Positions 1 to 10,005 of a DNA stretch of 38,060 nt are shown here, piece after piece; positions within the stretch are counted from its first letter, which is position 1, and every line of letters starts with the position of its first letter. The stretch covers positions 1 through 38,060 of the forward strand of contig JBGGMM010000222.1 of NCBI GenBank assembly GCA_041288045.1. Reading direction: 5' to 3'. The stretch is from Pseudobdellovibrionaceae bacterium. Lineage in GTDB: Bacteria; Bdellovibrionota; Bdellovibrionia; Bdellovibrionales; Bdellovibrionaceae. A model generated the notes under the pieces. It made no database searches. It saw only the letters and a list, made by a program, of their open reading frames with translations, and was not told the origin of the DNA. Position numbers and translations under genes: made by a program.

Positions 1-1290
1 AAGAAAGTGCTTAAAAAAATTCCAGCCAAAGACATTTGGCAAAGAATTGTCACCAGCGCCTGGATTTGTGCCGATCCGGGACTTCAGTTTCAGGATGCCA
101 TTCAGTCCTGGCACACGTGTCCAGAAAGCGGTGAGATCCGCGCCAGCAATCCTTGCAGTGAGTATCTTTTTCTTGATGATTCCGCTTGCAATTTGGCGAG
201 CTTGAATCTTCTTCAGTTTTTGGATGTGGATGGCGGTTTTGATTGGCCCTCTTTCGAGCACACAGCGCAAGTGATGTTTCTTGCGCAAGATATTCTGGTG
301 GATTTTGCCAGTTACCCAACTGCGAAAATTGCAGAAAATAGCCACCGCTTTCGCCCCTTAGGTTTGGGCTTTGCCGGACTTGGGGCCTTGCTCATGCGCT
401 TAGGTCTTCCTTATGATTCAGAGGCGGGCAGGGCTTGGGGTGCAGCGCTGACAGCGGCTTTGCACGGAGTCGCTTTTGAGACCAGCACTCATTTGGCTCA
501 GGAGCTCGGAAGTTTTGAAGCTTTGCAGAAAAATAAAAAAAGCCATCTGAAAGTGATGAAAAAACACCAAAGCGCTCTTCAAAATATTGATTGGACCTTT
601 TTTCCAAAGGTCGTTTCAGATCGTATCGAGGACATTTACAAATCCCTTCTCAGTCGAGGGCAGAAATTTGGATTTCGAAATTCTCAGGCCACAGTGATGG
701 CGCCGACTGGAACGATAGGACTTGTGATGGACTGTGAAACCACTGGAGTTGAACCCGAATTTTCGCTGATGAGATTTAAAAAAATGGTCGGCGGGGGCAA
801 AGTGCAAATTGTCTCGCAATCCATCCGACCAGCTTTGCAGAAATTAAAATACCCCGATGAAAAAATTCAAAGAATCGAAGAGCACATTCAAAAAACCGGC
901 ACTATCGAAGATGCTGCTGATTTAAATCCTGAACATCGAGCGATTTTTGATTGTGCGCAAAAAAACGGATTTCAAGGTCAGCGGTATTTGCGACCCGAAG
1001 CTCATCTTCTGATGATGGCAGCCATTCAGCCTTTTCTCAGCGGTGGAATTTCAAAAACAGTCAATCTGCCGGCTGAAGCCACCAGCCAGGATATTGGCAA
1101 AATCTACTGGCAAGCTTGGGAGCTAGGACTGAAAGCCATTTCCATTTATCGCGATGGCTCTAAAATGAGTCAGCCATTGACCGTGAAAGAGGGTGGGCCC
1201 GTGTGCCCGGAATGTGGTGGAACGACAGAAATTTCAGGTGGCTGTTACCGCTGTACGAATTGTGGCTTTACCACAGGCTGCGTGAGTTGA
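1..1290 (+). CDS. nrdJ: Class II (adenosylcobalamin-dependent) ribonucleotide reductase, C-terminal part; 5' end lies outside the window
   Basis: Motifs SNPCSEY (radical Cys), CNLASLNL, RPLGLGF, APTGTIG, SGGISKTVN and YRDGSK; C-terminal Zn-ribbon CPECGG..CYRCTNCG. The frame is open from base 1. Confidence 0.93.
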   Translation, partial: KKVLKKIPAKDIWQRIVTSAWICADPGLQFQDAIQSWHTCPESGEIRASNPCSEYLFLDDSACNLASLNLLQFLDVDGGFDWPSFEHTAQVMFLAQDILVDFASYPTAKIAENSHRFRPLGLGFAGLGALLMRLGLPYDSEAGRAWGAALTAALHGVAFETSTHLAQELGSFEALQKNKKSHLKVMKKHQSALQNIDWTFFPKVVSDRIEDIYKSLLSRGQKFGFRNSQATVMAPTGTIGLVMDCETTGVEPEFSLMRFKKMVGGGKVQIVSQSIRPALQKLKYPDEKIQRIEEHIQKTGTIEDAADLNPEHRAIFDCAQKNGFQGQRYLRPEAHLLMMAAIQPFLSGGISKTVNLPAEATSQDIGKIYWQAWELGLKAISIYRDGSKMSQPLTVKEGGPVCPECGGTTEISGGCYRCTNCGFTTGCVS

Positions 1291-1294
1291 AATT

Positions 1295-1804
1295 TCAAGT
1301 CTCACCCCAGATCTGTGGCACTTTCCTGAGTCGAGAAATATCGTAGCCACGTACTTCTAACTTGGTCACTAGATCCGTGTAAATATCCTCGTCCAAATGC
1401 GGCTTGCGAGCGAGAATCCAGACGAAATTTTTAGATCCAGTTCCAACTAAGGCCCAAGTGTAATCCGGGGCCAAATCCAAAATCAGGTAAGAAAATCGAA
1501 AAGGCCAAAAAAAGTGCACTCGCCATTCGGCATTGGTGCTGTGATCCAAGATCCAAGCTTTTTGCAGATAGCTTTTCTTTTTTCCCTCAGGATTTCCCTG
1601 ATAGAAATGAAAATCGATGTCAATGTGCTGATCTTTTTCGTTCCACCGGAAGGACTCGATGGCATTGTTCGCATCCAATTCAAAAGGTGTTGGCAGGTGG
1701 GCAATGAGATACCAATCTCCCATGAACTGATCGAGATCGACATAGGTTGCGCGTGGTGAACTTTTTTTAAAAGTTTTTTTGAAACTTTGGGTTTGAGGAT
1801 TCAT
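1295..1804 (-). CDS. Bacterial lipocalin (Blc-like), no lipoprotein signal
   Basis: VDLDQFMGDWYLIA (GxWY lipocalin motif), DYTWALVG, WILARKP. Confidence 0.88.
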   Translation of the reverse strand: MNPQTQSFKKTFKKSSPRATYVDLDQFMGDWYLIAHLPTPFELDANNAIESFRWNEKDQHIDIDFHFYQGNPEGKKKSYLQKAWILDHSTNAEWRVHFFWPFRFSYLILDLAPDYTWALVGTGSKNFVWILARKPHLDEDIYTDLVTKLEVRGYDISRLRKVPQIWGET

Positions 1805-2912
1805 AGGCCAGCTCCTTCATCCAAAAAATCAAGGCCATCTCAGCATAGAACTGCTGTTCTCGCTCTCTCAAAAGCGAAGATTTGTAAGGCGACACAAAAT
1901 TTTGCTGGCGGCTTTGACCTTTCCACTTAAACCCAGCGCGTCCAAAGCCAGGTCCATCTTCTTTCAAAAAGAGACAGAGAACTTGCGGATCCTGAGGAAG
2001 ATCCAGCGGGGAGGTGACAAAATTGAATTTTTTGTTTTTCAGCCATTGTCGGCAAAATGGAAAAAGTCTTTGCAGAAGAAAAGATCCTGGAATTTCATCA
2101 CATATGAAAATTTCTGGGCCTTCGCTCAAGACCGCGGTCAAAATCTCTGCTGCATTTTCTCCGTCTCTCAACGGAGTGATGGAACCAATTGCTTTTTCCA
2201 GGGACAGAATCCATTTCTGAGCATCCGTCGACTGAGATTTTCGATAAGTCAGTTTGACTTCGACGAAAGGCATGTGAACTCGATAACCCTTTTCAAAAGG
2301 GCAGCCTTTTAGGGCTTCTTCCACTCGATCGGCCACATCAGATTCACCAAATCCCAAAGTGTCCCAAGAGCGAGTGATTTCGGGATCCAGAGTCGCCATT
2401 TTTTCTCTCATTTGTGGGGCAATCCAATCCTGCCAAATGGCTTCGATTTCCCGAGGTGGGCCAGGAAGAACGAAAATTTCCAGTTGCTGCCAATTCAATT
2501 GAAAGCCATTGGCGGTTCCCATTCGATTGGGTAATAGACGGCTTCCCTCAGGAAAATAGCATTGTTGTTTCTGAATCTCTTTCACCGCCATACCTCGAGA
2601 GATGAGTCTCTCTTCGATATGCTTCCATGAGCTCTCATCCCAAATGAGTTTTCGCCCCGTCCAGCGGCAAATGACGTCACGGGTAAAATCATCACTGGTC
2701 GGACCCAGACCGCCGGTGACGAAGATGAAATTTGAAGTCTCAGCGCAGAACTGCAGAGCTTTGAGAATCAAGCTTTCGTCATCGGGAACCACCAAATGCG
2801 ATGTGCTCCCCAATCCCAGATCTTTCAGCTTCTGGGAAATCCACTGAGCGTTGCGATTGAGAATCTGACCTGTTGTGAGCTCTGTTCCAATGCTGAGAAT
2901 GCTGATTTTCAT
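1767..2912 (-). CDS. cinA: CinA-like competence/damage-inducible protein (MoCF-biosynthesis-like domain) with a degenerate C-terminal domain
   Basis: IGTELTTGQILNRNA, VTGGLGPTSDDFTR, NRMGTANG, LPGPPRE. Start placed at MKISILSIG; 2930 is an alternative. Confidence 0.85.
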   Translation of the reverse strand: MKISILSIGTELTTGQILNRNAQWISQKLKDLGLGSTSHLVVPDDESLILKALQFCAETSNFIFVTGGLGPTSDDFTRDVICRWTGRKLIWDESSWKHIEERLISRGMAVKEIQKQQCYFPEGSRLLPNRMGTANGFQLNWQQLEIFVLPGPPREIEAIWQDWIAPQMREKMATLDPEITRSWDTLGFGESDVADRVEEALKGCPFEKGYRVHMPFVEVKLTYRKSQSTDAQKWILSLEKAIGSITPLRDGENAAEILTAVLSEGPEIFICDEIPGSFLLQRLFPFCRQWLKNKKFNFVTSPLDLPQDPQVLCLFLKEDGPGFGRAGFKWKGQSRQQNFVSPYKSSLLREREQQFYAEMALIFWMKELAYESSNPKFQKNF

Positions 2913-2989
2913 AGCTTTCAGATTAGCCATGATAGACAAACGAATCACCTGATGGCAGACTGCATTGCTGTCGCAAAAGGAGCTTTTAC

Positions 2990-4204
2990 ATGTCCCTTCA
3001 GGTGGATTTCGCCGAATTTGATCTTTTTAATCCCACGCAGGAACATACGATGATTCGCGAGACCATGCGCTCCTTTGTGCAAAGCGAAGTCGAACCACAA
3101 GCTCACGAGCATGACAAAAAAGAAAAATTCAACCTGCCACTTTTTCGTAAATTGGGAGAATTGGGAGTTCTGGGAATCACGGTCCCAGAAGCCTATGGCG
3201 GAGCCGGGATGGATGCTTTGACAGCTGTCATCGTGCATGAAGAGTTGTCTTATTCAGATCCCGGTTTTTGTTTGGCCTACCTCGCGCATTCGATGTTGAT
3301 GGTGAATAACTTTGCCTACAATGCCTCTGAAGAGCAGAAAAAAAGAGTCCTGCCTAAGGTCTGCAGTGGCGAATGGGTGGGTGCCATGGCCATGTCAGAG
3401 CCCGCAATTGGCACCGATGTCATGGGAATGCAGACAACAGCTCGGAAAAAAAACGATCAGTACATCCTCAACGGCCGGAAAATGTGGATCACCAACGGGG
3501 CGATTGATGACAATAAAACCCCAGCCGATTGCGTCCTCGTCTATGCAAAAACAGGCGAAGACAAAGGTCGTCCCTTGATTTCCACATTCCTGGTAGAAAA
3601 AACTTTTCCGGGCTACACTGTTGGCCAGAAAATTTTTGATAAATTGGGGATGCGAGCTTCGAATACTGCGGAACTGGTTTTTGATCACTGCCAGGTGCCG
3701 GTCAGCGCCCTGATTGGCAAAGAAGGCGATTCTTTTTTGCACATGATGCGAAATTTAGAAATCGAGCGGCTGACATTGGCAGCCATGGGGCTTGGGATTG
3801 CCAAGCGCTCGCTGGAGATCATGAATCGCTATGCTTTGGAAAGGGAAGCTTTTGGAAAGCCTCTTTCTTCATTTGGTCAAATTCAAAAATACATTGCTGA
3901 AAGTTATGCCGAATACAAATCGGCCCGAGCCTATGTTTACGACACGGCTCGAAGAATGCGTTTGGATCAAGAAGGCAATCGCCTGGATTCCGACGGAGCT
4001 AAACTGGTTGCTACGACAATGTCAAAACGAGTGGCCGATCGAGCCATTCAGGTTTTAGGTGGTTATGGGTACGTCGGTGAGTACACGGTTGAGAGAATGT
4101 GGCGAGATGCCAAGCTGCTCGAAATTGGCGGAGGCACATTGGAAGCTCATCAGAAAAATATCACTCGGGATCTAGCCAAAAACTCGGCTGCGATCATGAA
4201 GTAA
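2990..4204 (+). CDS. Acyl-CoA dehydrogenase (isovaleryl-CoA dehydrogenase-like)
   Basis: AMSEPAIGTD, LNGRKMWITNG, KLGMRASNTAELVF, GGYGYVGEY, RDAKLLEIGGGT. Confidence 0.93.
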   Translation: MSLQVDFAEFDLFNPTQEHTMIRETMRSFVQSEVEPQAHEHDKKEKFNLPLFRKLGELGVLGITVPEAYGGAGMDALTAVIVHEELSYSDPGFCLAYLAHSMLMVNNFAYNASEEQKKRVLPKVCSGEWVGAMAMSEPAIGTDVMGMQTTARKKNDQYILNGRKMWITNGAIDDNKTPADCVLVYAKTGEDKGRPLISTFLVEKTFPGYTVGQKIFDKLGMRASNTAELVFDHCQVPVSALIGKEGDSFLHMMRNLEIERLTLAAMGLGIAKRSLEIMNRYALEREAFGKPLSSFGQIQKYIAESYAEYKSARAYVYDTARRMRLDQEGNRLDSDGAKLVATTMSKRVADRAIQVLGGYGYVGEYTVERMWRDAKLLEIGGGTLEAHQKNITRDLAKNSAAIMK

Positions 4205-4205
4205 A

Positions 4206-4904
4206 ATGTTTCCCTTTTCCTCTCGTTTTCCCTTGAAGCCCGGAATGATGGTGGATCATCAAGCGGTGCTGGATCATGTTTGGCCGCTTCTCACCGAAGA
4301 TCGGCGCAAGAAAATTGAGAAAGTCGTGCAAAGCCGCTGCTTTTCCAATGTGGTGGTGCTTGAGAATATTTACGATCGAGGCAATGTCAGTGCTGTGATG
4401 AGATCCGCTGAAGCTTTTGGCCTGGCACAAGTGCATTTGATTGAGCTGGGCGAGAAATTCAAAGAAAGCCAGAGAACCACGGCCGGAGCTGACAAATGGG
4501 TCGAAGTGAAAAAATGGAAATCCACCAGGGATTGCATCGACGAGTTGAAAAGACAGGGAAAGCAAATTGTCGTCACTCATTTGGATTCCAGTTCAAAGCC
4601 AATTGCCGAAATTGATTTTTCTAAGCCTTCTGCGCTGGTCCTTGGAAATGAAAAGGATGGGGTTTCAGCTGAAATGATTGCAGCTGCCGATCACCGAGTG
4701 ATCATTCCCATGGAAGGCTTTGTTCAATCCTATAATATTTCCGTGGCAGGGGCCCTTTGTTTCTATCAAATGCACCTTTGTCGGCAGCAAATGCTTGGCA
4801 AAAACGGCGATTTGACGGACACAGAGCAGGCGATCTTAAAGGCCGTCTACGCCAGTCGAACTTTGGATTCGGCCGAAGACATTTTGGGGAGACACAATGG
4901 CTAA
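4206..4904 (+). CDS. trmH: SpoU/TrmH-family tRNA (guanosine-2'-O)-methyltransferase
   Basis: VVLENIYDRGNVSAVMRSAEAFG, LVLGNEKDGVS, IPMEGFVQSYNISVA (SPOUT motifs). Confidence 0.88.
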   Translation: MFPFSSRFPLKPGMMVDHQAVLDHVWPLLTEDRRKKIEKVVQSRCFSNVVVLENIYDRGNVSAVMRSAEAFGLAQVHLIELGEKFKESQRTTAGADKWVEVKKWKSTRDCIDELKRQGKQIVVTHLDSSSKPIAEIDFSKPSALVLGNEKDGVSAEMIAAADHRVIIPMEGFVQSYNISVAGALCFYQMHLCRQQMLGKNGDLTDTEQAILKAVYASRTLDSAEDILGRHNG

Positions 4905-5397
4905 AAAGCGTGAAGCTGAACTGAAAAAATTTGCATTGGGACAAAAGAGCGAAGTCCCTCAAACCTATGATCCTTCCGTGCTAGAGGCCTTTCAAAATAA
5001 AAATCCAGGTGAAGAAGCGTGGACAAGTTTGATCTGCACAGAATTCACCTCGCTTTGCCCGAAGACAGGACAGCCGGATTTTGCCAAAATTTTTATCAAT
5101 TACATTGCCGATCAAAAAATGGTCGAAAGCAAATCCTTGAAGCTCTACCTTTTTAGCTTTCGCAATCACGGTGATTTTCATGAAGACTGCATTCAAACGA
5201 TTTGCAATGATTTGACAAAAATTCTGAAGCCCAAATATTTAGAAGTGATGGGTGAATTCACCCCTCGTGGCGGAATTGCGATTTTCCCATTTGCCAGCCA
5301 GGCTTGCAGTGAGCGCAAATTTCAATCTCTCAAAGAGCAGCGGCAGATGAATTATGCTCCGGGAAAATATTCAATGGAACTTTCAAAGCTTTATTGA
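4897..5397 (+). CDS. queF: NADPH-dependent 7-cyano-7-deazaguanine reductase (preQ1 synthase), unimodular type
   Basis: EFTSLCPKTGQPDFA, VESKSLKLYLFSFRNHGDFHE, FTPRGGI. Overlaps the trmH stop. Confidence 0.96.
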   Translation: MAKKREAELKKFALGQKSEVPQTYDPSVLEAFQNKNPGEEAWTSLICTEFTSLCPKTGQPDFAKIFINYIADQKMVESKSLKLYLFSFRNHGDFHEDCIQTICNDLTKILKPKYLEVMGEFTPRGGIAIFPFASQACSERKFQSLKEQRQMNYAPGKYSMELSKLY

Positions 5398-7095
5398 GTG
5401 CAATTCCCGCTGGCTCAGTGAAGTGCTGGCTCCTCGGATGGGCTTGGCGGTGACCTCTTCAATCGGAATTTCAAGCACAAAACTGGTGTGCTCATTTTCC
5501 CTGTCATACCAAAGACGGCCGCCATGCTCTTCGATGATGCCTCGGGAAATCGAAAGACCTAAGCCTGTTCCTCGACCCACCTCTTTCGTCGAAAAGAAGG
5601 GATCCATCATTTTATCTGCGATATGAGTGGGGATGCCATGCCCGCTGTCTGTGATGCGAACGCAAGCCGTCCCACGGCCCAAAGAAATGGAAAGTTCAAT
5701 CCAAGGCTTTTGTGAATTGACGATGGCATCAAAGCTATTGTTGAAAAGATTTAAAAGCACTTGCGAGATCTGCGAAGGGCGGCAGCGCAGAGAAAAGGAT
5801 TCATGCGAACCATTGATTTCAAAGAGAATCCCGAATCGCTTGAATTTCTCGCGGCAGAGCTCCAGAGTCTCATCAACGATCGAGGTGAATTCACATGAGA
5901 TCATTGGATCATTATCAGCATTGCGTGAAAAAGCTCGAAGACCACGGATGATTTTAGCGATTCTTTCCACTGTGTTTTCAATCTTGCCAATTTCAAGCAG
6001 GGCCCAATCTTTTTCAAAATCCGGATTTTGCAGACGAGATTTCAGCTGATTGGCGCGATTGAGAATGATCGTCAGAGGATTGTTGATTTCGTGAGCCACG
6101 CCGCTGGCCATTTCGCCCAGCGAGGCCATCTTTGAATTGGCGATGGCTTTGGCTCTTTCCTGCTCAATTTTTTTATTGGCAATGACCTTATCGGTGACAT
6201 CCCAGTTCAAACCCGTCATACGCACGGGTTCACCGTTTTCATCGCGGGCCACGTAGCCCACTGAGGCCACGTAGCGGACTTCGTTCTGGCGAATGATTCG
6301 AAATTGATGGTCAAAGACGCCATGTTCAAATGCTTTACGAATGGCTGTCAGACAGGGCTCCAGATCATCAGGATGGATTCGTTTTTCAAGATCGGCAAAG
6401 CTTCCCAGTGATTGTGAAGCATCCATGCCAAGGATCTCAAACATGGTCTTATCCCAAATCAAGCGGTCGGTCTGCACGTACCAATCCCAAACTCCCATGG
6501 TCTGTGACTGCAAAGCCAGATTCAAACGCTCTTGAGAAGCTTGCAGCTCTGCCAAAATCGACTTGGTTCTCTTTTCAGAAAAATTTCTCTCCAAAGTCAA
6601 GGCTGTGAGATTGGTGAGGATTTCAAAAAATTTATATTCCGGAGGAAGCTCTTCCAGAACTTTCGAGTAATAAAACCCAAAAGCCCCCAAAAGCTCTCCG
6701 CGGGAGGAAAGAATGGGCATCGAAAGAATGCCGCGCAATTGATACTGATCAATGATTGTCTGGTAATCGACAGAAGCTGGGTTATTCCGGATGTCTTTCG
6801 TCCAAATCATTTTCTTATAATAAGCGGCCTGACTGGCGGTTAATCCTTCAGGCTGAATGGGAATCGAAAAATCGGGATCAAATTTATGAAAATAAATACT
6901 GGGATGAGAGGTCGGGGACAGCGTGCCTGTGTCAGGCGAGTAAGTGAAAACAGCGACTCGAACTTCGGGAAATTGATCCTCGATAAAGCTCGTCAAAGTT
7001 TGGAGCCAGCGATGAATATTGGTCTCCGCCAAAAGCGTCTGGAGGAGTTCAACTGGAACGGAGCTGCAGTCCGTATGGTGAAAGTATTTTCTCAT
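5383..7095 (-). CDS. Cytoplasmic sensor histidine kinase, GAF-PAS-HisKA-HATPase
   Basis: H-box GVAHEINNPL, N-box LLNLFNNSFDA, G1 DSGHGIP, F-box PFFSTK, G2 GTGLGL; PAS motif GVWDW. The ATG at 7095 overlaps the upstream gene's TGA (TGATG coupling). Confidence 0.92.
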   Translation of the reverse strand: MRKYFHHTDCSSVPVELLQTLLAETNIHRWLQTLTSFIEDQFPEVRVAVFTYSPDTGTLSPTSHPSIYFHKFDPDFSIPIQPEGLTASQAAYYKKMIWTKDIRNNPASVDYQTIIDQYQLRGILSMPILSSRGELLGAFGFYYSKVLEELPPEYKFFEILTNLTALTLERNFSEKRTKSILAELQASQERLNLALQSQTMGVWDWYVQTDRLIWDKTMFEILGMDASQSLGSFADLEKRIHPDDLEPCLTAIRKAFEHGVFDHQFRIIRQNEVRYVASVGYVARDENGEPVRMTGLNWDVTDKVIANKKIEQERAKAIANSKMASLGEMASGVAHEINNPLTIILNRANQLKSRLQNPDFEKDWALLEIGKIENTVERIAKIIRGLRAFSRNADNDPMISCEFTSIVDETLELCREKFKRFGILFEINGSHESFSLRCRPSQISQVLLNLFNNSFDAIVNSQKPWIELSISLGRGTACVRITDSGHGIPTHIADKMMDPFFSTKEVGRGTGLGLSISRGIIEEHGGRLWYDRENEHTSFVLEIPIEEVTAKPIRGASTSLSQRELHSIKL

Positions 7096-8585
7096 CAATC
7101 CTTTTTCAGCCATAAACTTTTCATCAAGGGCTTCTCCATGGGGAGTTCGAAATCCCATCCTTGGGAGCCTTGGCTTAGTTTCGCATTCCGTAAAATCTTT
7201 GAGACTTGAGATTGCAACTCATGAAAGTCCCATTTTTCCAGATTGCAGCTCAGGAGCAATTGTCCTGAGGGCGTTAATACTTCCCAGCAAGCTTTGAGGA
7301 GAGCGGGAAGAGCCTGTTCCAAGCGGAAGACTCCGTCTTTGTGACGGCCAAAGGAGGGTGGATCGCAGATAATCAGATCGAACTGCCGGGTCCTCTTTGT
7401 AGCGCCTTTTAAAAATAATAAGGCTTCTTGTTGATAGAATTCATACCGTGAAGAAGGCACTTGGTTCAAGTTAAAGTTTTCTCTTCCCCACACTAAAAAG
7501 CTTTTGTTGAGGTCCACAGAACAAATTTCACTCGCCTCTCCGAGAGCTGCGCTCAAGGAAAAGCCGCAAGTGTAGGAAAAAAGGTTGAGAACTCGCAGGC
7601 CATGGGATCGATGTCGAACTTCCAGTCGATTCTCTCTCTGATCTAAAAAAAGTCCAGGCGATTGTCCTTGGTCCGTGTGAAATTGCAGTTTCATTCCGTT
7701 TTCTTCGGCTTGCCAGGAGCTTTTCCAATCCTCTGAATGCCAGATTTTCTTCTCGTTGGGATTTTCACCGCGATTTTGCATATGCCGAAGCAGCCATTTT
7801 TTCTGCAGCAGACTGGCGATGAATTCACAGCGCTGCAGGTCCTGAGTTTGCGGTGAACTGTCATGATACCAGTAAAACCAGAGTTGATCTCCGTATTGAT
7901 CCAATCTTAGCTCAGGCAAATGAATCAGCCGCAAGCACTCTTGGGGAAAGCTTAAAAAATTGTAAAGACGTTGCCTTCGGTCAATTTCAGAAAGCCAGCG
8001 CACCAGTATGGGATCCTTTAAAAGACCCAATCTCTCCATAAACCGAGGTTGGGGTGTGATCCAGGGGTTTTCTCCTGGGATTCGCAGCTCGGCCGAATGA
8101 AGGCACAGGTGGGGAAAACGAGTTCCCGCATACATTTCGTCCCCCAAGATCGGCAGCCCCAAGGCTTGGGCGTGGATTCGGATCTGGTGGGCCCGGCCTG
8201 AGGCAGGGGTGGCCTCCCAGAGTTCGAAAAAGGGAGACCGCTTCAAACGTCGAAATTGGGTGGAGGCAGGTTTGCCCTCGATCGGCTGATGGCATTCCAA
8301 ATTCATTTCGCTTGAGGCTCGATCGGTGATGAAAGTGTATTTTTTTTCGATCTCACGGCTTTGGAAAAGCTCAGTCAGCTCGGCTGCTTTCTGCGAGGAT
8401 TTTGCCAAGACCAAGGAGCCTGTGGTGGTTTTGTCCAAGCGATGAGCGATGAAAAGCTTGGAGCCCCATTCTTTTTCATAGATTTCGCAAATTCCCAGCT
8501 TGCCATGATCAGCAGCATGGGTGGAAAAGCCCGCCGGCTTATCAATAAAAAGAAGGTCAGAAGATTGCTTAAATTGAAGCTTCAT
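7095..8585 (-). CDS. Fusion of an RluA-family pseudouridine synthase and an RlmI/RlmK-like SAM-dependent rRNA methyltransferase
   Basis: N-half: IDKPAG, AHRLDKTTTG (catalytic Asp), GRAHQIRIH, PILGD. C-half: GLFLDQRENR, VLNLFSYTCGFS, FDLIICDPPSF. Confidence 0.88.
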   Translation of the reverse strand: MKLQFKQSSDLLFIDKPAGFSTHAADHGKLGICEIYEKEWGSKLFIAHRLDKTTTGSLVLAKSSQKAAELTELFQSREIEKKYTFITDRASSEMNLECHQPIEGKPASTQFRRLKRSPFFELWEATPASGRAHQIRIHAQALGLPILGDEMYAGTRFPHLCLHSAELRIPGENPWITPQPRFMERLGLLKDPILVRWLSEIDRRQRLYNFLSFPQECLRLIHLPELRLDQYGDQLWFYWYHDSSPQTQDLQRCEFIASLLQKKWLLRHMQNRGENPNEKKIWHSEDWKSSWQAEENGMKLQFHTDQGQSPGLFLDQRENRLEVRHRSHGLRVLNLFSYTCGFSLSAALGEASEICSVDLNKSFLVWGRENFNLNQVPSSRYEFYQQEALLFLKGATKRTRQFDLIICDPPSFGRHKDGVFRLEQALPALLKACWEVLTPSGQLLLSCNLEKWDFHELQSQVSKILRNAKLSQGSQGWDFELPMEKPLMKSLWLKKD

Positions 8586-8658
8586 GCGTCATTCCAGATG
8601 AACTGTTTTTTCCAAGAAAGATCAAGTAAATTTGCTTTTCAAAAAGGAGATCTGCTTC

Positions 8659-9264
8659 ATGAAAGCCTTGTCATTCAAATTATCGACGGTGTTATCGGCC
8701 CTGATGGCCCTTTTTCTTCTTTCAGCTTGCGGAATTCAATCCATTCCTCAATCCAAAAACAATGTGGAAGCCTCATTGGCCGAAGTCAGCAATCAGTACA
8801 AACGGCGAGCGGATTTGGTTCCCAACCTCGTCAATGTGGTGAAGGGCTATGCCAAGCACGAAAGTGAGACTTTGACCAATGTGACAGAAGCACGGGCCAA
8901 GGCCACTGCGATTACAATTGATCCATCGAAGGTCACTCCTCAGCAATTGCAACAGTTTCAAGCGGCTCAAGGCCAATTGTCACAAGCTTTGGGTCGGCTT
9001 TTGGCGGTGTCTGAAAATTACCCCAATTTGAAAGCGGACACTCAGTTTCGCGATTTGCAAGCTCAGCTCGAGGGCACTGAAAATCGAATCACTGTGGCCC
9101 GTCAGCGCTACATTGAAGCGATTCGTGAATTCAATAATTTGGTTGCGGTTCCTCCCACCAGTTGGACCAACAGTTTGATTTATCATCATGACAAAATGCC
9201 GCAGTGGGATTTGTCGCCTGAAGAAAAAGCGACAGCGGAAAAGCCACCCGAAGTGAAATTCTAA
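8659..9264 (+). CDS. lemA: LemA family lipoprotein
   Basis: Lipobox LSAC; QYKRRADLVPNLV, ENYPNLKA, QLEGTENRI; SD AAGGAG upstream of the ATG at 8659. Confidence 0.93.
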   Translation: MKALSFKLSTVLSALMALFLLSACGIQSIPQSKNNVEASLAEVSNQYKRRADLVPNLVNVVKGYAKHESETLTNVTEARAKATAITIDPSKVTPQQLQQFQAAQGQLSQALGRLLAVSENYPNLKADTQFRDLQAQLEGTENRITVARQRYIEAIREFNNLVAVPPTSWTNSLIYHHDKMPQWDLSPEEKATAEKPPEVKF

Positions 9265-10005
9265 GTGAAGAGCTTTTTCGTTTTTCTTTTTTCGATTTGG
9301 ATTCTGGTGGGATCTGCCAAGGCGGATCTGCAGATTCCACCTTTGACGGATCCGGTGATTGATCAGGGACAACTGATCAATTCGAAGGATGAAAAGATTC
9401 TGCGCAATTTGATTCTTTCTTTTCATGAAAGAGGCAAGGGGCAGATCCAGGTTTTGACCCTGCCAAATTTAGGTGGATTGGAAATCGAGCAGGCTTCGAT
9501 CAAGATTGTCGATCAGTGGAAATTGGGAGACAAAAAAAGAGATGACGGAGTTTTGATTCTCGTAGCGGCAGAAGAGCGCCGGGTTCGAATCGAAGTCGGC
9601 CAAGGGTTGGAAGGAGTTCTTCCGGATATCACGGCGAAACGGATCATTGAAGATGTGATGATTCCGGTTTTTCGCCAGGCCAATCCTTCGCAGGGGATTT
9701 TGATTGGGACTTTTCAAGTGATGAAAACCATTGATCCCAGTTTTGAAGAGGTGGGGGCTTCGGCTCCGGCGTTTGCGCCTCAATCCTCGTCGCTGTTTGA
9801 TCGCTATAAGGGGCTTTTCGTTTTGATTTTTGTGCTTTTTATGATTTTCGGTAATATCTTTCGCCCCCGACGGCGCTCTTTTTGGGGCGGTGGTTTTGGT
9901 GGCGGCGGAGGCTGGGGTTCCGGCGGCTTCGGTGGCGGCGGGGGCAGCAGCTGGGGCGGCGGCGGCGGTGGTTTCAGCGGAGGAGGTGCCAGTGGAAGCT
10001 GGTAA
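9265..10005 (+). CDS. TPM-domain (YgcG-like) membrane protein with a Gly-rich tail
   Basis: Signal peptide; WKLGDKKRDDGVLILVA, RIEVGQGLEG; TM helix; ends GGGFSGGGASGSW. Confidence 0.92.
   Translation: MKSFFVFLFSIWILVGSAKADLQIPPLTDPVIDQGQLINSKDEKILRNLILSFHERGKGQIQVLTLPNLGGLEIEQASIKIVDQWKLGDKKRDDGVLILVAAEERRVRIEVGQGLEGVLPDITAKRIIEDVMIPVFRQANPSQGILIGTFQVMKTIDPSFEEVGASAPAFAPQSSSLFDRYKGLFVLIFVLFMIFGNIFRPRRRSFWGGGFGGGGGWGSGGFGGGGGSSWGGGGGGFSGGGASGSW

Noticed and set aside
9890..9991. Ala-rich N-terminal extension of the second TPM protein
   Set aside because: It is an off-frame reading of the upstream gene's Gly-rich tail; GTG 9992 has a strong SD.
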